Origin: Patescibacteria group bacterium
GTDB taxonomy: Bacteria; Patescibacteriota; Patescibacteriia; Patescibacteriales; WJLG01
DNA: 64,000 nucleotides
Reading direction: 5' to 3'
Assembly (NCBI GenBank): GCA_041652555.1
Contig: JBAZHE010000001.1
Location: 66,847-130,846, forward strand
Shown here: positions 10,104 through 16,708 of the stretch, piece by piece
Layout: each line of letters starts with the position of its first letter
Numbering within the stretch: position 1 is the first letter of the stretch
The notes under the pieces: model-generated
Databases searched by the model: none
Told to the model about the DNA's origin: nothing
Seen by the model: only the letters and a program-made list of their open reading frames with translations
Program-made: the position numbers and the translations under genes

Positions 10104-10955
10104 TTACAATAAGTCTTTAATTTTATCAAATTGCGTGACAGCGACTTTAGTATAAATTTGGGTTGTTTCCAGGCGTTCGTGTCCGAGTAAGGATTGGATA
10201 TAGCGAATATCTAGACCACTTTCCAAGAGGTGAGTGGCGAAGCTATGTCGGAAAGAATGAGGGGAGACCGGTTTATTTAAGCCGGCTTTTTTTGTATTTT
10301 GACTGACAATCGCTTGGATTGTTCGTGTTGTTAGACTGCCTCCGCGCATTGATTCAAAAACATATTCCAGCGGTTTGAATTCAGCTAAATATTTTTCAAT
10401 ATTTCTTAAAACAACCTTAGAAATAATTGTAACTCTATCCTTGGCACCTTTTGCGCCCTTGAGGTGAATAATCTTGCGATTAAAATTGATGTCATTAATT
10501 TTCAAGGAAACAACTTCACTGACGCGCAGGCCAGAACAGTAGAGTATTTGAATGATTAGTTTGTGCTTAATATTGTTGCAGGCATTAATAATATATAAAA
10601 TTTCTTTTTTAGAAAGCACGACTGGTAGTTTTTTGTCTTTTTTGGCACGTGGGAGGTTGAAGAAAAATTTACGATAAAGGATTTTTTCAAAATAAAATTT
10701 CAAAGCACTATAAGCGGTGTTTAAGGTGGAAGAAGAAAGTCCTTTGTCGCATAAAGATTCCAAATAATTTCGAATATGCCCATTTGTGATTTCTTTGGGG
10801 TTTTTACTTGCAAAATTCAATATTTCAGTGATATAATGCAGATAGGATTTGATAGTTTTTTGGCTAAATTTACGCAACTTCATTTCTTGTTTTAGCCCAA
10901 AAATCGGATCTTTGCTTAAATATTGATAGTTTTCTTGTAAAAAGTTTCCATTCAT
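10104..10955 (-). CDS. Tyrosine site-specific recombinase (Xer-like, SAM-like N-terminal domain); candidate cassette recombinase
   Basis: Catalytic set: R in SGLRVSE, K in KGAKDR, HSFRH, LGH, Y in QIYTKV. 283 aa. About 58 residues lie between the KDR and HSFRH boxes, so there is no IntI-type insertion. Confidence 0.9.
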   Translation of the reverse strand: MNGNFLQENYQYLSKDPIFGLKQEMKLRKFSQKTIKSYLHYITEILNFASKNPKEITNGHIRNYLESLCDKGLSSSTLNTAYSALKFYFEKILYRKFFFNLPRAKKDKKLPVVLSKKEILYIINACNNIKHKLIIQILYCSGLRVSEVVSLKINDINFNRKIIHLKGAKGAKDRVTIISKVVLRNIEKYLAEFKPLEYVFESMRGGSLTTRTIQAIVSQNTKKAGLNKPVSPHSFRHSFATHLLESGLDIRYIQSLLGHERLETTQIYTKVAVTQFDKIKDLL

Positions 10956-11008
10956 ATCTTTATTATGATTAGAAAATTATATTAATATTTTAACTAATTT
11001 AAAATAAA
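10921..11008. repeat. Direct repeat copy 1 (recombinase 5' codons plus upstream region)
   Basis: tattgatagttttcttgtaaaaagtttccattcat...ttttaactaatttaaaataaa recurs at 11694..11781, roughly 80 percent identical by eye. Confidence 0.8.
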
Positions 11009-11054
11009 GCGACAATCATTTTGTATCAAGATTTGTATGGTCTCTCCGTGTCTC

Positions 11055-11086
11055 TTGACAGTAGTATCGTGATACGATATTATAAT
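11055..11086 (+). promoter_or_regulatory. Putative higBA promoter with palindromic operator
   Basis: TTGACA (11055..11060) and TATAAT (11081..11086). The spacer is long (20 nt) and contains the inverted repeat GTATC-GT-GATAC. Confidence 0.45.
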
Positions 11087-11094
11087 TGTAGGTT

Positions 11095-11376
11095 ATGATA
11101 AAAAGTTTTAAATCCAAAGAGGCGGAGAAGATTTTTAACCGAGGATATTCTTTAAAACTTCCGTCCGATATTCAAAGAACGGCCCTACGCAAATTATCAA
11201 TGATTCAAGCGGCTATCGCTATTAATGATTTACGGATACCGCCAGCTAACCATTTAGAGCTATTAAAAGGCGATAAGTGTGGTCGGTACAGCATTAGAAT
11301 TAATGATCAATGGAGAATTTGCTTTGTTTGGCAATCGGGGGATGCCTATGAAGTTGAAATAGAAGATTATCATTAA
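11095..11376 (+). CDS. higB: HigB toxin (RelE/ParE superfamily, plasmid maintenance system killer)
   Basis: 93 aa with the typical HigB pattern (FKSKEAEKIF...HLELLKGDKCGRYSIRINDQWRICF). Toxin-first order, with HigA downstream. Confidence 0.88.
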   Translation: MIKSFKSKEAEKIFNRGYSLKLPSDIQRTALRKLSMIQAAIAINDLRIPPANHLELLKGDKCGRYSIRINDQWRICFVWQSGDAYEVEIEDYH

Positions 11377-11390
11377 AAAATTACAACAAT

Positions 11391-11693
11391 ATGATAAAGA
11401 AAATACAGCCAATTCATCCAGGTGAAATTTTGCAAGAGGAGTTTTTACTACCTTTTAAGCTTAGCCAGTATCGCCTGGCTAAGGATATTGCCGTGGCTCC
11501 AATCAGAATTAGTGAAATAATCCGCGGTTCGCGTGCCATCAGTGCTGATACTGCGTTGCGTTTGGGAAAATACTTTAATGTTTCGCCGGAATTTTGGCTA
11601 AATTTGCAGTCGCACTATGAGCTAGCTGTGGAAAGTGAGGAGTTAAGTGGAGTTCTAAAAAATAAAGTTAAGGTTTTTGAATTCGCTGTTTAG
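11391..11693 (+). CDS. higA: HigA antitoxin (XRE-type HTH)
   Basis: HPGEILQEEFL...LAKDIAVAPIRISEIIRG...TALRLGKYF, a HigA-family HTH. Confidence 0.88.
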   Translation: MIKKIQPIHPGEILQEEFLLPFKLSQYRLAKDIAVAPIRISEIIRGSRAISADTALRLGKYFNVSPEFWLNLQSHYELAVESEELSGVLKNKVKVFEFAV

Positions 11694-11781
11694 TATTGAT
11701 GGTTTATTGTAAAAAAATTTCCATTCATACTCCAGTATGATTAGAAGTTTGTATAATAATTTTAACTAATTTTAAAATAAA
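11694..11781. repeat. Direct repeat copy 2, including a 12-codon remnant of the recombinase 5' end
   Basis: The minus strand reads ATGAATGGAAATTTTTTT... (MNGNFF..., stop after 12 codons). Starts right at the higA stop codon. Confidence 0.8.
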
Positions 11782-11790
11782 TAACAACAA

Positions 11791-11829
11791 CTTCGCATAT
11801 ACCTTGTTCTACGAAATAAATTTTTTATC
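11791..11829 (+). other. Array-proximal junction: solo right arm (L'-like plus GTT box plus extended arm) of an attC-like site
   Basis: cttcgcatatacctt-GTTCTACG-aaataaattttttatc. The outer 24 nt match the reverse complement of 12587..12610 at 22/24 positions. Confidence 0.65.
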
Positions 11830-11962
11830 TAGTCGGTAATTTTAAGCTTAGTGATTTGAATGGTGACAGAAATTTTAATTTTTTTTATTAATTCAATAGG
11901 GGAAATAAGGAGTTTTTTCTGCTCTCGGAAGTCGCAGAAAAAATAAGTTATCAAAATTATTT

Positions 11963-12100
11963 ATGAATAAAACGTGGCATTTAAAAAATAAAATTCCAGC
12001 CAAAGCAACATTGGAGCAACGAATAGATTGGCACAAAAATCATCAAAAGTATTGTGCGTGCCGAGAGGTGCCGAAAAGTTTATTAAAATATTTTAAATAA
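11963..12100 (+). CDS. Small Cys-containing protein (45 aa), below the ORF-track cutoff
   Basis: MNKTWHLKNKIPAKATLEQRIDWHKNHQKYCACREVPKSLLKYFK, preceded by AAGGAG plus a hairpin leader. Lies 16 nt upstream of the VOC gene. Confidence 0.5.
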   Translation: MNKTWHLKNKIPAKATLEQRIDWHKNHQKYCACREVPKSLLKYFK

Positions 12101-12116
12101 ATTAAACAACAATTTT

Positions 12117-12476
12117 ATGATTAAAGATTATGACAATTTTTTCTTGCCCGTGAATAGTCTGGATGAGGCTAAACTGTTTTACGGCCAGACACTTGGTCTT
12201 TCTGTGAAATTTGATTTTTCTGATGCGGGGATGACTGCTTTTAAAGTCGGTGACCAAGAGCCGGCAATCATCGTAAAAGATATTAAAAAATTTCCCGACG
12301 CAAAAGTAACTACATGGTTTGTGGTGGATGATGTTCTGATTGAGTACAAAAATCTTAAAGAGAAAGGAGTTTCTTTTTTATCAGAACCATTTGAAATTTA
12401 TACTGGTTTGGCTGCGGAATTTGAAGATCCATTTGGCAATAGATTGGGAATTACCGACTATTCAAAGAAAAAATAA
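12117..12476 (+). CDS. VOC/glyoxalase-bleomycin-resistance family protein
   Basis: 119 aa with the single beta-alpha-beta-beta-beta module pattern (FYGQTLGL...FEDPFGNRLGI). Confidence 0.8.
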   Translation: MIKDYDNFFLPVNSLDEAKLFYGQTLGLSVKFDFSDAGMTAFKVGDQEPAIIVKDIKKFPDAKVTTWFVVDDVLIEYKNLKEKGVSFLSEPFEIYTGLAAEFEDPFGNRLGITDYSKKK

Positions 12477-12482
12477 TAAGGA

Positions 12483-12533
12483 GTTTTGAAAAAATGGAAT
12501 TCACCCCTAACCCCTCTTCCATTTTTTTAAAAC
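12483..12533. repeat. Cassette 3' hairpin (GTTTTGA...TCAAAAC stem, conserved 17-nt loop)
   Basis: gttttgaaaaaatggaa / ttccatttttttaaaac around the loop ttcacccctaacccctc. Confidence 0.75.
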
Positions 12534-12586
12534 AAAAAATTAAATTTTCTTAGATGCAGTCTCAAATTTAGTTTAACAAAAATCGA

Positions 12587-12748
12587 GATAAAAAATTTAC
12601 ATCGTAGAACAAGGAATATCTGGTTCAATAATTTTTCAATATAGATTACAATAAGGAATAAAAAATTATTTCACCCATATTTTTGCTCCGCTAACGCTGC
12701 GCAAAAACATCAGATATTCCTAATAGTTGTCTGAAATATTTTTTTGTC
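12587..12748 (+). repeat. attC-like site J2 (162 bp)
   Basis: R''-like cgtagAAC (AAC 12608..12610), inner arm aaggaatatctg, loop of about 88 nt, cagatattcct, then GTTgtctg (GTT 12726..12728). Confidence 0.7.
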
Positions 12749-12832
12749 TTTAGCGGTAATTTAAAATTTTGGTGCATTGAACAAAGACGAAAATTTGATT
12801 TTTAATTTATTTAAAGAGGGGTAAAAAGGAAT

Positions 12833-13417
12833 ATGTTTCAATATATAGTTTTAATCGGAGCGGTCGTGCAGTTGGTTGGTGTATTTGTTTATATTCGAGC
12901 AACTGTTCGTGGCGAAACAAAACCGAATAGAGTCACTTGGTTAATGTGGTCTGTGGCGCCATTGATTGGATCTGTTGCAGCTTTTTCTGACGGCGTTCGT
13001 TGGGCGGTGCTTCCAGTTTTTATGTCTGGTTTTGCGCCACTGCTTGTTTTTATTGCTTCTTTTGTAAATCCCAAATCATATTGGAAGCTTGAAAAATTTG
13101 ATTATGTTTGTGGAGCTTTTTCAATTTTGGCATTAGTACTTTGGGGGATTACAAAAGAACCATTGATTGCGATTATTTTTTCAATCGCCAGTGATGGATT
13201 TGCGGCAGTGCCAACTATTATTAAATCTTGGAAACATCCAGATTCTGAATCCGTCGAAGCTTACACTACTGGGTTGTTCAACTCATTAACAAGCTTTTTT
13301 GCACTGAGAACATTTGGTATTTCAGAATTGGCCTTTCCAATATATTTAGTTTTGGTAAATTCGTCATTGATTGCCGCTGTTTATAAAGGGCGATTGAAAA
13401 AAATAATCGCAAAATAA
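12833..13417 (+). CDS. Multi-pass membrane protein, unknown function (cassette ORF)
   Basis: 194 aa with about 6 hydrophobic helices and an AAAGGA SD. Confidence 0.7.
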   Translation: MFQYIVLIGAVVQLVGVFVYIRATVRGETKPNRVTWLMWSVAPLIGSVAAFSDGVRWAVLPVFMSGFAPLLVFIASFVNPKSYWKLEKFDYVCGAFSILALVLWGITKEPLIAIIFSIASDGFAAVPTIIKSWKHPDSESVEAYTTGLFNSLTSFFALRTFGISELAFPIYLVLVNSSLIAAVYKGRLKKIIAK

Positions 13418-13420
13418 GGA

Positions 13421-13471
13421 GTTTTGAATTTTTGGCATTCACCCCTGACCCCTCTGCCAAAAATCCAAAAC
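13421..13471. repeat. Cassette 3' hairpin, second copy
   Basis: gttttgaatttttggca / tgccaaaaatccaaaac around the loop ttcacccctgacccctc. The stem sequence covaries relative to the other copies. Confidence 0.75.
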
Positions 13472-13523
13472 AAAAATCAAATTTTCTTTTAGAATAACCA
13501 AAGTTTGTGCCAATAAAATAGAA

Positions 13524-13743
13524 GACAAAAAAATACATCAGACAACACGGCACATGCGGTTCAGAAATTTTGCGCAATTATAATTCAAGGTATGCAAAAT
13601 TTCTTCTCCCAAATTGCGCTGACGATATGGCAAATTTGGTGATATAATCAAGTAAAGCGATAATTAACAAGTTCAATCAATAATCCACGGCGCAACTTCG
13701 CATGTGCCGAAACGTTATACGCAATTCAAAAAATATTTTTCTG
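13524..13743 (+). repeat. attC-like site J3 (220 bp)
   Basis: cagacAAC (13544..13546), inner arm cggcacatgcgg, loop of about 130 nt containing TGaTATAAT, then cgcatgtgccg and GTTatacg (13714..13716). Confidence 0.7.
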
Positions 13744-13865
13744 ATAATAAGGAGTTTTGATAGGCAAAAAATAAGAATAAATTTGTTTTTTATTTAATTT
13801 AACAGGGGAACAAGGTGTTTTCTCCGCTCCGCCACAAAAACGATTTATTAATTTACATTTGAAAT

Positions 13866-14507
13866 ATGGCGTCAGAAAATTTTGAATTGAACCAAAAACC
13901 GGAAGTAAGCATTAATTTAATAGAGAGAATCGAAAAATTAGAAAAGATTAAAACTCCAGAAGAATTATTGTCGTTCATGAAAAAGAATATAAATTATGGT
14001 TTTATTGGTAAAGACGACGATAAAGTATATTCTCCTCGGCAAGAAGGCTGGGGTGTAGGAAAACAACCGGAAGCAAGATTACAAAGTCCTGAAGAACTTC
14101 TGAAAAGTGGTTATGGGGCTTGTTGGGAACAGACGGATTTTGAAAAACAATGGTTTGCGAAAAATAATTTTGAGTTTAAAACCCTCCTTTTGATGTTTGG
14201 AAAAGATATCAGTCAAAAAAATCCAGCCCATACGTTGTTAGCATATAAAAAAGACGATAAATGGCACTGGTTTGAAAACACACTCGATAAATATAGCGGA
14301 ATTTATGAATTTGATGATTTAGAGGATTTAATTGAGTATGCCAAAACAGTACTTATAAATAATGCTTTTAATAATGGGGCTACAGAAAACGATATTAAAG
14401 AATATAAATTGTACGACTATGATATGCCAGCATATGGCTGTAGCACTGATGAATTCATTGGGAAAATAAAATTAAATTCTAGAAATCAGGAAAGAAAAGG
14501 AAAATAA
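13866..14507 (+). CDS. Hypothetical protein with a possible transglutaminase/papain-like Cys-His core
   Basis: GYGACWEQTDF ... HTLLAYKKDDKWHWFENT. The C/H/polar spacing resembles a transglutaminase-like fold, but the assignment is weak. Confidence 0.6.
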   Translation: MASENFELNQKPEVSINLIERIEKLEKIKTPEELLSFMKKNINYGFIGKDDDKVYSPRQEGWGVGKQPEARLQSPEELLKSGYGACWEQTDFEKQWFAKNNFEFKTLLLMFGKDISQKNPAHTLLAYKKDDKWHWFENTLDKYSGIYEFDDLEDLIEYAKTVLINNAFNNGATENDIKEYKLYDYDMPAYGCSTDEFIGKIKLNSRNQERKGK

Positions 14508-14600
14508 AGGAGTTTTGGAAAAAAGGAATCCGTTATTGTATTTTTCGAAAGATCGAAATCATGATAAAATATAGATAAAGTCGAACTAATCTCAATATTC

Positions 14601-15434
14601 ATGACAAAGAAACAAAAAATAAAAGTTGAAGGTATTGAAATAGTCACTTTTACCAAAGATAATAGCGATTATATTTCTTTAACCGATATTGCAAAACATA
14701 AAAATTCAGAGGCCGGCTTGGTTATTTCCCATTGGCTAAGCACTCGTTTTGCCATTGAATTCATGGGGATATGGGAAAAAATGAATAATCCCAATTTTAA
14801 AGTTACTGAATTCAGTAACTTTAAAAATCAAAGCGGCGCCAATGGTTTTGTATTGTCTGTCCAGCAATGGGTCAATAAAACTAGCGCTATTGGAATTTTT
14901 GCCACAAGAGGGCGCTATAATAGCGGTACTTTCGCTCACAAGGACATTGCCTTTGAATTTGCTTCTTGGATTTCAGCGGAATTTAAGTTTTATCTCATCA
15001 AAGAATTTCAGCGATTAAAGGAAGATGAAAATAACAGGCAAAAGTTAGAATGGAATCTCCAGCGAACACTGGCAAAAATCAACTACAAAATTCATACCGA
15101 TGCCATAAAGGAGAAATTAATCCCCCTTGAATTAACCAAGGAACAGATTAATATGGAATATGCCAGTGAAGCGGATTTGCTCAATGTTGCATTATTCGGA
15201 ATAACCGCAAAAACGTGGCGAGATCAAAATAAAGAATTAGATGGAAACATTCGAGATTATGCCTCAATTGAACAGTTAGTGGTTCTGTCTAATCTTGAAA
15301 GTATAAACGCATTGTTAATTCGCGAAGGATTTTCCACTGAAGATCGGATTCAAAAATTAAATAGCACCGCGATAATTCAGATGAAATCGCTTTTAATAAA
15401 CACTGAAATAAAAAAATTGGAATCGCCAAAATAA
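14601..15434 (+). CDS. KilA-N domain-containing protein
   Basis: The N-terminal 130 aa match the KilA-N pattern (YISLTDIAK...W...FAHKDIAFEFASWIS), followed by a coiled C-terminal half. Confidence 0.8.
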   Translation: MTKKQKIKVEGIEIVTFTKDNSDYISLTDIAKHKNSEAGLVISHWLSTRFAIEFMGIWEKMNNPNFKVTEFSNFKNQSGANGFVLSVQQWVNKTSAIGIFATRGRYNSGTFAHKDIAFEFASWISAEFKFYLIKEFQRLKEDENNRQKLEWNLQRTLAKINYKIHTDAIKEKLIPLELTKEQINMEYASEADLLNVALFGITAKTWRDQNKELDGNIRDYASIEQLVVLSNLESINALLIREGFSTEDRIQKLNSTAIIQMKSLLINTEIKKLESPK

Positions 15435-15446
15435 AAACAATAAGGA

Positions 15447-15497
15447 GTTTTGAAAAAACGTAATTCACCCCTAACCCCTCTTCCGTTTTTTCAAAAC
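15447..15497. repeat. Cassette 3' hairpin, third copy
   Basis: gttttgaaaaaacgtaa / ttccgttttttcaaaac around the loop ttcacccctaacccctc. Confidence 0.75.
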
Positions 15498-15550
15498 AAA
15501 AAAATCAAATTTTCTTATACGTAAAGCAACGCCAGCTCAATAAAAACCAA

Positions 15551-15711
15551 GATAAAAAATTTACATCGTACAACAAGGAATATCTGGTTCAATAATTTTT
15601 CAATATTATTTATAATAAGGAACAAAAAATTATTTCACCCATATTTTTGCTCCGCTATCGCTGCGCAAAAACATCAGATATTCCTGACTGTTAGGCGTAA
15701 TTTTCACTTTT
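15551..15711 (+). repeat. attC-like site J5 (161 bp) ending in the canonical core GTTAGGC
   Basis: 15551..15685 differs from 12587..12721 at about 7 of 135 positions. Identity stops just before GTTAGGC (15690..15696). Confidence 0.75.
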
Positions 15712-15736
15712 AAGAAGTCGCCTTTAATAAATACAT

Positions 15737-16405
15737 ATGATTTACTTAAAACAATTAATCATCATTATTCCCGCCTTTGCTGTTCTATTGTATCTAACAA
15801 CTGGATACAAGATACTTAGGCCATTTCGTAAAAACCAAATGAAAGAATTGGCGGAAAAGCTAAATCTTGAATTTGTTGGAAATGAAAAACGCAGTTGGAA
15901 AGAACGATTTTTTAGCTATTCTGTTAAAAAAAATATTATTCGTGGAGAATACAACAATAAAAAAATTGAAATTTTTGACTTTGATTCAATATTGAAAAAT
16001 GCTGTAAATCCGATTACCAACGCTGTAATGACCTATTATTATGGGAAAAATCCAGTCCATATCACCTATATAAATGGGAAAATATATAAAGATAAATATT
16101 TACCATACCTTAACATTAATAAAATTGAAAAATTGATAAAAGATGAAATTTCGTTAACCGAATATGATAAAATATTTTTTAACAAAGGTGTATTTCTGCT
16201 GACTTTATTAACATCACTTTGTATAACTTCAGTAATTGGATATTATTTTTATGCGTTTTATTCGGTTAGTCTAACAAAAATTTTAATTTTTTTAGTGCCA
16301 ATTAGCTTAATAGTTGCATATTTCTGCTACAGAATAGCTAAAAAATCTGGATACAAGGTTTTAATAAAAAATGATCCAAGAGAAGTGGCGACTTCTAAAA
16401 AGTGA
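15737..16405 (+). CDS. Membrane hypothetical protein (cassette ORF)
   Basis: 222 aa with an N-terminal TM and two C-terminal TM helices. No motif recognised. Confidence 0.6.
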   Translation: MIYLKQLIIIIPAFAVLLYLTTGYKILRPFRKNQMKELAEKLNLEFVGNEKRSWKERFFSYSVKKNIIRGEYNNKKIEIFDFDSILKNAVNPITNAVMTYYYGKNPVHITYINGKIYKDKYLPYLNINKIEKLIKDEISLTEYDKIFFNKGVFLLTLLTSLCITSVIGYYFYAFYSVSLTKILIFLVPISLIVAYFCYRIAKKSGYKVLIKNDPREVATSKK

Positions 16406-16492
16406 AAACTTGCTCCGCTATCGCTCCGCACCCCGCCGCGCTCTCGTTCCGCTACGCTCCACTCGGGACGCCTAACACCGAATATGAGGTTC
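16397..16492 (+). repeat. Left arm of the last attC-like site (J6), with canonical GCCTAAC and a 58-nt GC-rich insert
   Basis: aaaagtgaaaac + insert + acGCCTAAC (16470..16476) + accgaatatgaggttc. Complementary to 15690..15711. No matching right arm found downstream. Confidence 0.6.
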
Positions 16493-16646
16493 AAAAATTT
16501 GCCTTAACGAAATATAATAATGAACGCAAATTTTTTCATCCAAATCTAATTATGACGCAAAACAATGAGTTCATTCCATTCTGGAATATGCTGTCCGTGA
16601 TGATTAAGGCATTAGATTGTTTAAAAACTAAGTTAAATATACAATT

Positions 16647-16701
16647 TTGACCAAATTCCTTAATATGGTATTATGTAAATAATTAACTAAACCATATTAA
16701 G
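16647..16701 (+). promoter_or_regulatory. fic promoter (TTGACC-16-TGgTATTAT) overlapped by an 11-bp inverted repeat
   Basis: TTGACC 16647..16652, TATTAT 16669..16674. Inverted repeat cttaatatggt (16659..16669) / accatattaag (16691..16701). Confidence 0.55.
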
Positions 16702-16708
16702 CATTTTT

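Larger units (their letters stand above)
10104..16492 (+). mobile_element. Integron-like platform: recombinase plus array of at least 4 cassettes bounded by attC-like sites
   Basis: Divergent recombinase, co-oriented unrelated ORFs, repeated AAC...GTT palindromic sites. Cassette termini are mutually complementary and homology breakpoints fall at GTT. Confidence 0.7.

Noticed and set aside
10104-10955. Calling the recombinase a bona fide integron integrase IntI
   Set aside because: The protein is too short (283 aa). Only about 58 residues lie between the KDR and HSFRH boxes, so the IntI-specific additional domain is absent. It is kept as a Xer-like recombinase with an integron-like context.
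12495-12554. Mini-ORF MEFTPNPSSIFLKQKIKFS inside the cassette 3' hairpin, preceded by AAGGAG
   Set aside because: The ATG is not conserved in the other copies (TTG in one, none in the third), while the nucleotide loop and stem pairing are. This points to structure rather than coding.
12474-15736. Regularly spaced repeats that might be taken for a CRISPR array
   Set aside because: The repeat modules are 250-450 bp, structurally complex and separated by 0.6-1.6 kb protein-coding ORFs. No short (28-37 bp) direct repeats with unique spacers and no cas genes are present.
16402-16650. 82-aa ORF downstream of the last cassette gene
   Set aside because: It is composed of the GC-rich insert and the attC-like arm (AIAPHPAALSFRYAPLGTPN...). 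It has no SD and overlaps the fic promoter. It is likely spurious.
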